Source: Malacoraja senta (Eukaryota). From it: DNA of 64,000 nucleotides. The notes beneath the pieces are model-generated. The model worked only from the letters and a program-made list of their open reading frames with translations, had not been told where the DNA came from and searched no databases. This document shows positions 41,839 through 55,034 of this stretch, piece by piece. The stretch spans positions 186,001 to 250,000 of the forward strand of contig JAXLNO010001731.1 in NCBI GenBank assembly GCA_038087875.1, written 5' to 3'. How positions within the stretch are numbered: the first letter of the stretch is position 1; the number at the start of each line of letters is the position of its first letter. The position numbers and the translations under genes were made by a program.

Positions 41839-42765
41839 ATGGATTTTAAGGTGGAAGAGTTTGTTGAGACTCCTAGCCTAGAGAGGTTTCATCAATGTAC
41901 TAAAGAAAATTTAGTGTTGCTTGCAGATAAATATGGCGTTTCTCTTAATAAACAGGCAAACAAAAAGTCAATTAAGACATTGTTAGGGACTGCTTTGGTT
42001 GACCAAGAGGTCTTGCCTAGTAGTCATAAATCTATACAGCCAGTTCAGAACATGGAGGCTGTCATTAAACTGAAGGAGATGGAGCTTGAGTCACAGAGAA
42101 TGGAACTCATGCATGTTCTTGAAATAAAACGGCTTGAGGAGGAAACCAAAAGGGCGGAATTTCAGCTGCGGGAGAAAGAATTAGATATTTCCCGGTTGTC
42201 TCCTAAAGAGCATGAGTTTGATGTGAGCAGAAATATTCATTTGGTTCCACCGTTCAGTGAAAAAGATGTTGACAAATATTTCACTTGGTTTGAGCGTGTG
42301 GCTATATCATTGAAGTGGCCTAAGGAAGTGTGGACCTTGCTAATGCAGTGTGTCCTTGTGGGTAAAGCACGGGAGGTGTACTCGTCTTTGTCAGTTGAAA
42401 GAAGTCTAGACTATGAGTGTGTGAAGTCTACAGTATTAAGGGCTTATGAATTAGTTCCAGAGGCGTACCGGCAGAAATTCCGGCGCTTTAGGAAGTTTGA
42501 TAGTCAGACTTATGTGGAGTTTGCTAGGGAGGAGGCACTTTTTGACAGTGGTGCGCTTCTCAAGGAGTGAAGGATATTGGGCAACTGCGGGCCTTGATGA
42601 TTATGGAAGACTTTAAGAACTGTCTCCCTGAGAGGGTTACTACTTACCTTAATGAGCTGGAGTTTGCAGCTGCAAGACTACAACCTGGAGGTCAGGCATA
42701 TCCGTGGCAAGGATAATGTCTTAGCTGACGCCTTGTCGCGCCAGTGGAGTTTAGCTCCTGAATAG
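41839..42765 (+). pseudogene. gag (SCAN-like capsid) joined by deletion to the RNase H C-terminus
   Basis: MDFKVEEFVE...FERVAISLKWPKEVWTLLMQCVLVGKAREVY...YELVPEAYRQKFR, frameshift near 42530-42550, ...EDFKNCLPERVTTYLNE, then in another frame WSLQLQDYNLEVRHIRGKDNVLADALSR...* (stop 42763-42765). Confidence 0.88.
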
Positions 42766-42828
42766 TTTCTGGGATTTGGTGGTGTTTTTTCTCTCTTCCG
42801 AAACTTATTCAGTATCTTTGGGTGGGGG

Positions 42829-43406
42829 TGTTAGGCGCTCCCCCTCCTGGTCAATGCTATGTATTAACCTTTCTCTGTTTCTTTCCTGAGTGTAGGCCTC
42901 GTGGCTGTGAGTCTGGAATCAAGGGGTTAAAAGGCTCCTGTACCCGATTGGCCAAGCTGCGTCAGGTGACGGGTGACTCATCTGAAGCATAAATACAAGA
43001 GTTCCCAGAATTCTCGCTCTCTTCTTCGACGACCCTGCCTCATGAGCTGATAGCTGGTGTGAGCTGTGGAAGGCCTGGCCACATGGCATGGAACTTTGTG
43101 TATTTTCAACATTACGTAGTACCAAATATTGAATTGGGACGTATAAGGGGCTGACCTAAGAGTTTTCGGTATTTTGTTTCAGGGTTAGATTTCTTTAGGC
43201 AGGTTTAGAGTCTCTGGTTCGACGGTCCATCGCGTGGCTGGCTGGAGCACTTTAATTTGTTTGTTATTCCATTCATATCCTTGTCTGGGTTGTTGGAATC
43301 AGGTTTGGGTTTTGTGTTATTGAATAATAAAATAATTTTTGAACTTGAACCTGGTTTTTGAGTATGTTACGCGACTCTGAAGTACCTGCTTTCGGGAGTC
43401 GTAACA
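42829..43406 (+). repeat. 3' LTR (578 bp)
   Basis: Starts tgttaggcgctccc directly after the PPT and ends gtcgtaaca before the TSD. Confidence 0.95.
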
Positions 43407-45946
43407 CTGAGATTAAAAACCCATTATTGAGCAAACAACAACATAGAACCATGAGCTGATGCTCTGCATTACAGCATTGCCCTGTCTACCAGAGGGTTTC
43501 ACAGTGACGACCACAGGTAAAGACACGATTGACCAGTCAATTCACTGCTCAAAACCCGAGGCAATATGATAACTCAATTGAGAAAGAACCTAAAGTAGTG
43601 TTAAACAAAAATCATCAAGGATTCAATATATTTGGTTCAATTATATAAACAAATTAAATGTTTTGACAACTAATGGAATTCAAAATAAGGTTTGGGGTTA
43701 ATCTTGATCTAAAGAACCCCATAATTATTTACAAGATACAGGAAAGACAGAGAGTGGCATAGAGCTCATTAGAGATTATGTACTTTGGCAGATTATTTGA
43801 TGGAGTAGGTTTAATTCAGTTGGTGCAATAATATATTGGATCCAGATTTCCCCTCTGATACAAACATTAAAAGATCAGTTTGATGGATTGTGGATTTGGT
43901 TGTGCTGTAAAAGAGGATAAAGGTCAGCAAAGTAACGTTTGCTCCCAGATTCATTGATGTCTCACTGATAGCGGCTCACATGATTGTATTGCCTGATTAT
44001 GTGAAGAAAATGCCATCAGTATTAACCTATTGTCTGGATGGTGACAGCAGGAGTCAGCACCCACAGCCCTCACAGTGGGGGTACCAAATCTTTACAATAC
44101 TGTGAAAAGCAATCAGTCCTACCTCAGCTGGAGATGGCCGTCTCCTTAATCCAAAAAGATGTCCCTTTGTTCTAGAATGTTTGTCTTTGTCCAAGTAAAG
44201 AGTAGCTATCTTCTCAAGGATAATAACCCAACAATTATATGTGGGTTTTCACCTAGAGCTTGCAAATTACATCATATGACATGATAAGATGACAGGTATA
44301 CCAACCCTTGCCATTCGGCAGGAAAGTGTTGAGCACGGGACCAGAAGTGATATGGGGGGGGGGGGGGGGGGTGTGTGGGAGAGAGAACGTCTTGTCCTCC
44401 GATAGGCAGGTCATATATATTGTCTAGTTTCCCATCAGATATGTATATCTGTATAACTGGAGATAGAGCTGACTGTGAGGAGACATCCTGGGCCCCTTGA
44501 TTCACAAGACATCAGCTGAGAGCATCCAGAAAAGTGATCTGAGCAGCCAGCCTTTCTTTGAAGTGTTATGCGTAGTACTAAAGATTTTCACAGTACCACT
44601 GTACACGTAACAATAATAAACTAAACTATGTAGAACCTGAAAAAGGAGGAAACTGTAAACACCCGCTGGTACATAGATATGCACACGGGCATTTTGTTCA
44701 GAAGTACAACATTTATATTGGTTTGCTTATCGTAAGAGAATATCTTAGAAATTTTATCTAGAACAGTGATTTTTGTTTTTTGATGGAATAGAGTATCATT
44801 GCGACCATTTCTGAGTCACTGGGCACTGACATTCTATCTCGTGAACCTAACTCAGTTTCAGGGGACATGGATTCTAATCTCCCGGATTCTTGTTCCTTGG
44901 CTATCCTGGGATAATACACAATCCCAGAAGGTTGACGTAGGAAGTCCATTAAGTAAATAAGTTGCTTACCTACATCACTATGCCCCAATCTGCCACACTA
45001 AAGTGAACCTGTGACACTTACACCCCCAAACCTGAGGTATCCTTGATCTCTTCCACCAATGTTTGCCAATCCCAATATTCCCCAGGCACACCCTCCAAAC
45101 CCTGTCAACAAAGATTGCAAGGCTCTCAGCCCCTAATCCCCTCATGAATTAGATGCTCTAAGTTTCCAAGACAAGCCTGCCTGCCCACCCAAGCACTATT
45201 CCAATTTCAGACATTCTTGTCTCGTATCAACTCCTGGTTTCTTCATTATGTAGCTACAGGTGGTTCAGTAACTGCTTTTTCTGAAGTTTGAGGTTCTGCG
45301 GTATTGCTTTTCAAGCACCCGCTAATGTAAACTACAGCAAGCAAGTAAGCGAAAATAGAAATAAGCAAAAACAAAGTTAATTCAATGCTCGCAGAGCTTC
45401 TTACATAGTTTTTCAGGAACAAACACAAACTCTTTTTGGATAACAGTCCTTAGCAGCATCATTCATGAAATCAATATTTATTGTCAGATTAGATACTCAT
45501 GGATTAATTGGCAAGTTTCAAGAGACTGGGGAACCTCTATGCTTGGGATTAAATTAAGGACCTGTGACTAAACTTCCTCAACAATGTGTAGTATGTCTTT
45601 ATTTATGAATGCAATACATGTATTAAATTATAATCTGCCTCCCCACTTGGATTGAATCTGGATGTAGGTGAGCTTTACATTATGTGCATCATTGTCGTGA
45701 CATTTTTTTTCTTCATTGATTTACATAACACCCTATCTTTCCATTGTAAAACACACTTGTGGGATTAAATCTACCTCTCGCCTCCACTCAATCACCCAAG
45801 CTTTACATATATGGTTCTCCATTCAAAAGTATGAATTGAATGTACGAGAGAACACGTGGAGTATATATTTAAAAATGAAAACATTGTTACATTTGTTTGA
45901 AATTGGATCATAAAAGAACTGAATACAAGAAATAAAATCCAGAAAA

Positions 45947-46898
45947 TGTGGGGAGAATCATGAAAAAACTTTCATATAAGTAACTTATAATAATTAATAT
46001 TGTAGTTCTATATATGTTCTCCATTTCTGGGTAAATGTAGCATTGTACTTGTCAATCTTAACATATGGGCAGAGATTACAATTGTGTTCTTCCTGCATTA
46101 AGGTTTGATGACAGCGCCCCCTCCTTTGAATGTCGCTCTGATACCTCTCACTGGCCGACAGGCCAGCAGAGGCCAATCCTCAGCAACAGTGGTCACAGCT
46201 GGGTCCAATTTACTCACTTTGGGTTGGCCCACCTGAACCTCATCAGCGTATTCCTTATAAAATCCATGCATTCCAGCCAGAGGCGAGAAGGGAGAGGGTG
46301 AGAGAAAAAGCAGGAGAGAGAAGAGAGGAAGGGAGAAAGAAGAGCAAAATAAGAGAGTGGAAGGGAGAAGAGAGAGGGGAATGGAGAAAGGAGAGAGAGG
46401 AAGGGAAAAAGAAGAGTGAAGAGAGAGGGGAAGGGAGAAAGAAGAGAGAAATTGGGGTGCCTCCCTGTCAGCTGTGTTTCCCTGTCGCAGGTTTGAGAAA
46501 GACTGAGTTATTGCGACAAACCTGAGAACACCAGAACCACCTTGTGGTTAAGTATGGGCTAATGGAAAGAGGCTCGAAGCAGTCAGCACTGAGGTTAAGT
46601 GAGTGGCCGGGCATGCCTGAGAACCCAATGCCTCTTCCTGCCTACGGCCAACAAGGGACAGCGCCTGCACGTAGAGGCAAACACTGAGCCACCAGGATAA
46701 TCCAGAGACGGCCAGCTCCACCTCTTCAAACCCAAAGCTGAGCCACCAAGATAAACCCGAGATCGCCACCACCTCCTATCAAGGCAAGGATGAACTGCAG
46801 GGAGAAGCCTGAGATTGTCACGCCTTCTTACGCGAGTTCACCCGACTGCGGGTGTCATTGTGGTCACTGCCGAACCCGGCATCATTCCTGACGCCACA
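45947..46898 (+). mobile_element. Possible solo LTR of a second family
   Basis: Ends TGTGG...CCACA with flanks agaaaa/ggaaaa, TATA-like ttataaaa near 46256, a GA-rich tract at 46280-46450 and a 54-bp internal duplication (ctgagccacca at 46684 and 46738). Confidence 0.45.
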
Positions 46899-46905
46899 GG
46901 AAAAG

Positions 46906-47165
46906 GGATAGCACAGTGACACAGCTGGTAGAACTACTGCCTCATAACACCGAGATCTGGATCGATCTTGACCTCAGATGCTGTCTGTGTAGAGTTTGCA
47001 CGTTCTCCTGTAACTGCGTTGGTTTCTACTGGGTGCTCCGTGGGAATTGTCCTATGTAAAAAATTATAGGGAGTGGATGTGAAATTGGGATAACAGAACA
47101 AGTGTCAATGGTTGGTATGAATTCGTAGGCCAAATGTGTCAGTTTCCAGGTTGTATCATTCAATT
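46906..47165 (+). mobile_element. Degenerate HE1-like V-SINE
   Basis: gcacagtgacacagctggtagaactactgcctca...gagtttgcacgttctcc...gggtgctccg. Confidence 0.7.
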
Positions 47166-49027
47166 GATCACTAAAAAGCCAAAAGATCAAGAATATTGAG
47201 TGTTTATCAGTTCATCTCAAATAATGACTCAGGTTTCTTCAATGTCTAAGGAAGAATATTCTTACCCATGAAATGACAGTTATTTATTGTTACTAAAATA
47301 AAAAGGACAATAATAAGTGGCAGTATTACATGAACAACCTCAACTGCTGGCTGCTTTCCAAATTAGCATGCAAAATATTTTGCTTGAACTCTATGCCAAT
47401 GGAAGTAATGGTCAGTACTCACTAAGGTATCCAGCACTGATGCATGGAGCAAATGTCATCCCTCAATTCCATTCTTTTGAAATGCTATCCTTAGTGTCTA
47501 AGGGAAACTTTCAACCTCAGTCTACTGATTAACAAAGTAAAGCATTTGAATTGTATCATAAAATAGGTCAGTTTCTTGCAAGTTCGCTTAGTTGGCAACT
47601 TGGGCAGTGAATCCAAAAATAAATGCCCATGAGAACCTTGAGATTTATTTTTATTGTGTTAGAATGTTTTAAAATTAGCTGCAGTTTTTGAGAGAGCGAA
47701 GGCCATGAAATAACTGCCAAATATGTAACATTTATGTGTTCAAGATAGATGTACAAAAATCTATATGTCAGCCTCGACAGCAGGAATGCAGAAAAGCATT
47801 CAAGAGTACTATGGGTTTGATCAGTGGAAATTCCCAAGCTTGGGCATTGAAGCTCTATTGAATGCGTTACATGATTGCAAAAATGCGTTTGCAATTTGTT
47901 ATTGCAAATGTTATAGGTTGAAGTGTACTTGTTACATGTCGTACACCCCACTATTCTCTTCTAGACTTTACTTGATATTGAAAGCCTATTGTATCTTTCA
48001 GCAATACATGGCCTGTATCTTAAAATAAACATGATGTAAACCATAGCTTTGAGTCTTAACGTCTAATTAAGAAATACCCTGGGAAGAAGGCAAAGCATGA
48101 CAGCAGAGGTCTGGTGAGTAAAATTCCATACAAACAATGACAATGTGAATGCTCAATTTGACTTTTTAAAAGGATAGTGATGGTTTTCACCCTACCATTT
48201 TGGAACAAATTTGATTCCCATTCTGAATGTGATTGTGTACACGAACATTTTAAACCAGGGATATCCGCAGATAAAATTTAAAATGCTGGTTTTCATTTTG
48301 ATTTTTTGTTTATATTTTCAATGTATTAATTGACACCACCAATTGAGTCTCTAATAACCTAAGGTTGAGATCCAACATCAAACTTAATAGAAAAGCTAAA
48401 TGTAGTAAATGTGATTTATTCAAAGTTGAAGAAGTGTACTTTTATAAAGGTAGTGATATAATAGATTCAAGGGAATATTCTCAGATGTTTCTAGAATGTG
48501 TAGCTGTTACCATTAATGCTAATATGTTAGTAAAAGAATGGTACTATAAAGTGAGATTGTTTTATAATATATCCAAATAATTTTGATATTGTTTATGACA
48601 TACATGATAATTCATGCATCCATAATGTTTTTTTTGTTTAAAAAAAATATATATATTTATTAGAAATACATCACATTACAACCAATTACATTAGTACTCA
48701 TCACGTATATATTATTACAATTAATGTACTCTGTCATTTTTTACACTAATAAAAAGGAAAGGTTGAGATTAAGAAAAAAGAGAAAGTGAAGGAAAATAGT
48801 GAAGGTGTAAAAACGTGACAACAAGAAAGAACAAAGACCCTGTAAGAAAGAAATTAAGAAGAAAGGATTAAGAGATAGACCCTAAAGAAGAAGAAAAAAG
48901 AAAAAGAGAAAAAAGAGAAAAACAAATACTTTGTTATACGCATCACGCAAATGGGATATACCAACTCTCCAGCTTTCATCCCCCTTTACCTGACCTCAGT
49001 TTTTTTTTTTTTAAGTACTTTTGCACC

Positions 49028-52000
49028 CTATACTTGTAATAATTCTATGAATGCAGACCACGTCAGGTGGAAGTGATCTGGTTTACCTGCCAGGAGGAAT
49101 CTTATCTCTTCTAGGTGTAATGTTTCAAACATATTTGAAATCCACATGTTTATAGTTGGTATTGGAGCATTTTTCCAGAATTTTAGGATTAACTTTTTTC
49201 CAGTTATTAACCCATAGCCTATTAATTTCTTTTGAAACACATTTAGTTCAGGACTATCTTCCGTTGTTCCGAAGATAATCCATTCTGCTTTTGGTATCAG
49301 TTTTATTTAAAATAATTTTGTAAAGATTTCAAAAATGTCAATCCAAAATTTTTGAATTTTTGTACAAAAAACAAATGAATGCGCTATGGTAGCTTCTTGA
49401 GATTGACATTTATCACAAATGGATGATACATTTGGGAAAATTTTATTAATTTTAGTTTTTGAATAATATAATCTATGTAAAATTTTAAATTGTATTAAAG
49501 TATGTCTTACATTAATCGAACATTTATGCACGTTTAATAAATGTTAATTCCAGCTTTCCTTTGAGATTTTAATAGCTAATTCTTGTTCCCAGTCTCTTCT
49601 AATACCTTCCATAGATGGTATTTCTACATTTAAGATAATATTATACAAATATGATATTAAGTTTGCTGATTCAGCTTTTATCTGCATTGCTTCATCCAAT
49701 ACATCTGCTGGGATATTATAATGATCTTTTGTATATTTTTTCAAATAGTCACATATTTGAAAATATTTAAAATATTGATTATTTCCCAGTTTATATTTTA
49801 TTTGTAGTTGTTGGAATTATAGTAATTTTCCAATTTCATACAAATCACCGAACGTTTTAATTCCTAGTCTATCCCATTGTATAAAAGATTTGTCTGTAAT
49901 AGAGGGATTAAACGAAGGGTTATTTAACTATTGGAGATAAAAGCGATAGATTTCTTAATTTTAAATTTTGTTTTATTTGTTTCCAAGTTCTGATTGTACT
50001 ATGTATAATTGGGTTTTTGTTATAATTTATGTTATTCAGTTTCATTGGTGAGAGGAGGATCGCTCCAATGTTTCCAGAGGAGCAGTCCTCTCTCTCCATT
50101 ACAATCCAGTCCACTTGCTGAGCAGAGTTGTCCATCAGTTGGATCATATTTTTAATATTTACTGACCAATAATAATACATGAAGTTAGGGAGTGCTAAGC
50201 CCCCTACTACTTTAGCTTTGTTCAAGTGTGTTCTTTGTATTCTATGTGATTTATAGTCCCATATAAAATTAGTAATATCTGAGTCCAGTTTTTAAAAAAA
50301 CTTCTTTGGTAGGTATATAGGAATCGATTGAAATAGGTATAAAATTTGTGGTAAGAAGATCATTTTTATTGCATTTATTCGGCCTATTAAAGACATCGGA
50401 AGCATTTTCCAAAATTTAATTAGTGTATTTAATTTATTAAGTAAAGGATCAAAATTTGCTTTGAACATGCCTTGATATGTTCTGGTGATTTCAATACCCA
50501 AGTATTTAAATTTTTCTGTAGCTATTTTAAAAGGGGATTTTAAAAGATGTGTGGAGTCTTTCGGTTTTATTGACATAATTTCACTTTTATTCCAATTTAT
50601 TCTGTATCCGGAAAAAGATCCAAAGTCCTCAATTAGATTTAATATGTTTGGTATAGTAATTTGAGGTTTTGTAATGTACAATAATATATCATCCGCGTAT
50701 AAAGATATTTTATTATTTGAGTATTTAGTATTATACCCATGGATATCTGGATGTGTTCTAATTATTTCTGCTAAAGGTTCAATTATGAGAGCAAACAACT
50801 GTGGTGATAATGAGCATCCTTGTCTATTTCCCCTTGATAGTTGAAATTTCAAGGATAATATTTTATTAGTTAATATTCTAGCTGTAGGTTTATTATATAA
50901 TAATTTAATCCATAAAATAAAATTCTCTCCCAGTTGGAATTTTTGTAATACTTTATCCATATAATTCCATTCTACTTGGTCAAATGCTTTTTCAGTGTCC
51001 AGCGAAATAATTGATAATTCTTGTTCTTCAATTTTGTGTGAGTGCATTATATTGAGTAGACGTCTCATATTATTAGATGAATATCTCTTAGGGATAAACC
51101 CCGTCTGATCTGGGTTTATTAATTTACTAATATATTTACTTAATCTTCTAGCTAATGTTTTCGCTAATATTTTTTTATCTGTATTTAACAATGCTATAGC
51201 TCTATATGAACCCGGTTCTTCTATATCTTTGTCTTTTTTAAGTATTAGTGTAATCGTTGATTCAGCTAATGTATCAGGTAATATTTGTTTTTTAAAAGCA
51301 TATTGATACATTTTTTGTAACCATGGTATAATTTTGTCATAAAAGCTTTTATAAAATTCATTAGTAAATCCATCAGGACCTGGAGCTTTTCCATTCTTTA
51401 ATGAGTTTATTGTATCTTCTAATTCCTTAATTGAAATTTGTGCACCCAATTCCTCTTGTTCCTTCAACTCTAACTTTGGAAGATTACAATTATCCAAGAA
51501 CTCTGTAATTTTATTGGAGTCAGTTGTCGTTTTAGATGTGTACAAATTCTCGTAAAATTGCGCAAATCTTTTATTAATATCCTTCGGTATGGTTAGTAAT
51601 TCCCCTCTATCTGATTTAATCTTTTGGATCGTATGTTCTTTTTCTCATTTTTTTAGCTGACGAGCCAACAGTTTACGCGGTTTATCCCCAAATTCAAAGT
51701 GTTCCTGTTTTGTAATTTGGAAAAGTCTTATAAGTTTGGCTGATAATAGTTTATTTAATTTAAATTTCAAAATTATTATTTTATTATGTTTATCTATTGA
51801 TGGATCTTTAGCATTATCTATATCCATTTGTCTAATAAGTTCTTCTAACTGTCTTTGTTCATTCTTATTCTTTTTATTTTGAAAAGCTTGATATGAGATT
51901 ATAACACCTCTAATAAATGCTTCAAAAGATTCCCATAGTACAGTAGGCGATATATCTGGAGTGTCATTTATTTCAAAAAAGACATCCATTTGTTCTTTTA

Positions 52001-52271
52001 AATATATACTCGCTTGCGGATCTTTTAGGATTTGAGAATTGAATCTCCAAAACGATTTATTATTAGACATTCCTTCCAGTTTTAAAAAGAAAGTTAGTGG
52101 TGAATGGTCTGAAATCGAGTTTGTATGGTATGCTGGGTTCACAGTGTGAGGGATTAATTTTGTATCTACCAGGAAATAATCTATACGTGAGTATGTTTTG
52201 TGTACCATTGAATAAAACGAGTATTCCGTGCCAGTCGGATTAGCAATTCTCCAAACATCTGCTATATTGGA
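49028..52271 (-). pseudogene. L1 ORF2 (EN C-half, RT, CCHC), disrupted by stops and frameshifts
   Basis: Motifs YSRIDYF and SDHSPL (APE EN), KAPGPDGF, RQGCSLSP, LYADD (RT) and CDKC...H....C (C-terminal zinc knuckle), split across several ORF-track entries. Confidence 0.92.
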
Positions 52272-52758
52272 ATATAAGAGGCATTAACGAACCTATTAAA
52301 AGGGGTAAAATACTAGCTCAGCTGAAACTGTACAATTCTGACATCATCTTCTTACAAGAAACTCATCTAAAATCTCAAGATCAAGCTAGGCTGAGGGCGA
52401 AATGGATAGGTCAAATATATCATTCTTCATATACTTCGAAATCTAGAGGTACGTCAATTATTATTAGAAAAGGTATACCATTCAAAGCAAAGAATACCAT
52501 AACAGACATTGAAGGGAGATATTTGATAGTTACCGGAGAAATTCATGACATTCCAATTACCTTGGTAAATATATATGCGCCTAACTTTGACAACTCTCAT
52601 TTTTAAAATAAAATTTTGAACATAATCGCAGAGTTTAATTATCAAAATGTTATAATAGGAGGAGACATTAACTGTGTTTTAGATCCGTATTTAGACAAAT
52701 CAAGCCAAAAACAGAGAGGGAATACGAAATCTAAAACTAGTGAACTTTTAAATACATC
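52267..52758 (+). pseudogene. Inverted L1 ORF2 endonuclease N-terminal segment
   Basis: WNIRGINEPIKRGKILAQLKLYNSDIIFLQETHLK...SKSRGTSIII...D.EGRYLIV...NIYAPN...IIGGDIN...KTSELLNT. Confidence 0.92.
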
Positions 52759-52777
52759 CATGCATCCATAATGTGAG

Positions 52778-53080
52778 GTTTAGTTTAGTTTAGATGTTAG
52801 CGCAGAAACAGGCCCTTCTGCCCACCGAGTCCGCACTGACCAGTGACCCCTGCACATTAATAGTATCCTACATAGATTAGGGACAATTTACATTTATACC
52901 AAGCCAATTAACCTGCAAACCCATACGTCTTTTGAGTGTGGGAAACCGAAGATCTTGGAGAAAACCCATGGTGTCACGGGAGACTCCGTACAGACAGTAC
53001 CCATAGTCGGGATCGAACCCAGGCCTCTGGCGCTGTAACGCTGTGAGGCAACAACTCTGCTGCTGCGTCACCGTGCCGCC
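52778..53080 (-). mobile_element. HE1-like V-SINE immediately beside the L1 TSD
   Basis: (tttag)n tail, gagaaaacccatgg, cgggatcgaaccc, 5' end ccgtgccgcc. Confidence 0.85.
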
Positions 53081-53912
53081 ATAAGTTTTGAGAATCTTGA
53101 ATAAACCTTGGATATACAAATTGGACTCTCCATATTATTCTCCAGTCTCCATAACTGCACGCACATATCATTATCTTAGTGTGTGCAATAGTTTGACGAT
53201 TCTCTCCTTATCAAATTAATACTGTGCATTATTTTTTACTTTCTTACAAATATATAGTTTTTTGTTAATGCAGGCACCTTAAATACCATTTGATCATGGG
53301 TTGAATTGCACAACATGCAAGTTGTTACATGCATCAAAATTATCTAAAATGTTTGAAAATTAGCATTCTTGTATATGTTCTATGGCCTGAACTTTAGCAG
53401 CTCATGGAGAAGGGGATTTGGTTCCTTTATGCATTTTAATTTGATCTCCATAAATTAGACAACAATTCTTGCCAACTTTTAAGACGAGAGATGCCTAAGT
53501 ATTAAATTCCCATGCCATCTTTCTCCATCTGCTTCTGAACTTTTTTATTCCCTTACATTCCCATTATGGATCTTGACAAAGGGACCATATTATACTTCTT
53601 AAATTCTCGTTTTTCAGAATGTGAGAGTTGTGTATTTATAATATTTTAACACAGTTGTTTTTCTCTTTCTCCTTTTCTTCTTTCTTAACAGAATGTGTTT
53701 GTGGTCTTGGATGTGGATCAAACAAGTATTAGGAAAAGTAAGTATGTATTAAATCCATTTGCTTTCGCGAGCTTAATTATCCCCAGAAAGTTCATTGACA
53801 TCAGCCATATTTATGGTGTCAGCATTGTTTGGACTTTAACATATGTATATTTTGTGATAAACTGCTTTTGTTTTGCTCAACTATATTCCAGTCCCCGTTA
53901 ATATCATACTTC

Positions 53913-53980
53913 CAAGATTCAAGAGAGTTTATTGTCATGTGTCCCTGATTGGACAATGAAATTCTTGCTTTACTTCAAAA
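53913..53980 (-). mobile_element. Rex-type LINE 3' tail remnant
   Basis: tttattgtcatgtgtccctgattggacaatgaaattcttgct is the reverse complement of the tail at 23270-23310. Confidence 0.7.
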
Positions 53981-54709
53981 CAAAATTAAGAATTAATATA
54001 GAAATATTGAATGCTGGTGAATTCACATGACATTTGTTGTATATGGACTAGAAATACTCTCATCGTCAGGTAGACAAATGGCAACAATTGGCATTATATC
54101 TCAGCAGCTTAGTTATTAATATGAAGTGCCCGTGACAAGATTTCATTGTGCTGAATTTTTTTTCCACTAATAACACGTATGCAATTAATAGACTAACTTT
54201 AAAAACCAAAACAGTTGATTTGCATTTTATTCAAATCAAACAGTGCAGTTCTTAATTAGTTGTTTCTACAAAATCTTTCTAGCTTCCAATGATTGTGTCC
54301 AACTAACCATTCACCTTTGGCAAAATTATTAAAATGAATGTTAACATTGTAAGGCACTTGAGCAATTCCTAGACAGGTTTACCAGTGATGTATTAATATC
54401 AAGCTATCGGTTTGATTCAGAACAGTTATCAGCAATGGGGGAAACCAGAATGAACGGGAACGCTCCGGATAGTCGGCAACAAAGCCTGCTCAAAATCCAA
54501 ATCCGTTTTGGAGTTTGGTATTTCACTGTAACGGTTGACTGTGTCTGCTAATATGAATATGACTCATTTATTCCAAGCTGTTATTTTGTCAACATAGTTC
54601 ATAAAAATATTATTTCTGCACATAGACATTGTTCAATTACTTTAGTCGCTAAGAATGGCCAGTCAACAAGTAGCAAATCAGACAGAGCGACTTTATCCAT
54701 GTCAACTAA

Positions 54710-55034
54710 AGGGCCTGTCCCACTTTCCCGAGTTATTCATGAATTCTCCTGAGTTATTCATGAATTCTCCCGAGTTTTCAAACTCGCAGAATGTTCGTAA
54801 CGAGTCCGTGGATATATCGTAGAGGCTCGTTATGCCAGCCGTAGGTACTCGGGGCATCAGGTAAGTCGGGACGTTTTTTCAGCCTGATGAAAAATGTCCA
54901 CAAGTAAAAAAATAGCCCCGAGTACCTACGGCTGGCATAACGAGCCGCTACGATATATCCAGACTCCTACGGCCTTCTGCGGACTCGTTACGAACATTCT
55001 GCGAGTTTGAAAACTCGGGAGAATTCGTGAATAA
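54710..55034. mobile_element. PIF/Harbinger MITE lacking its outer right TIR
   Basis: TAA|agggcctgtcccactttcccgag...; near-complete internal palindrome ending ctcgggagaattcgtgaataa. Confidence 0.82.

Larger units (their letters stand above)
41093..43406 (+). mobile_element. Internally deleted Gypsy (Gmr1-like) LTR retrotransposon in SCN3B intron 1
   Basis: TG..CA LTRs at 41093-41670 and 42829-43406, 5-bp TSD CTGAG (41088-41092, 43407-43411), PBS TGGGGGCTCGTCC at 41674, PPT gggtggggg at 42820-42828. Confidence 0.95.
48629..52758 (-). mobile_element. L1-clade LINE, 5'-truncated with 5' inversion
   Basis: 16-bp TSD CATGCATCCATAATGT (48613-48628 and 52759-52774), poly(T) and tttatt at the left end, ORF2 on the minus strand to ~52271, and the EN N-terminus on the plus strand at 52267-52758. 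Confidence 0.93.

Noticed and set aside
41839-42570. SCAN-like gag beside SCN3B as an ancestor of the SCAN zinc-finger gene ZNF202 that neighbours SCN3B in human
   Set aside because: The LTRs are ~98% identical, so the insertion is recent and lineage-specific. No zinc fingers are present, and the proximity is coincidental.
43700-45450. Possible 5' portion of an old LINE
   Set aside because: The composition differs from background, but I could not identify diagnostic motifs or boundaries.
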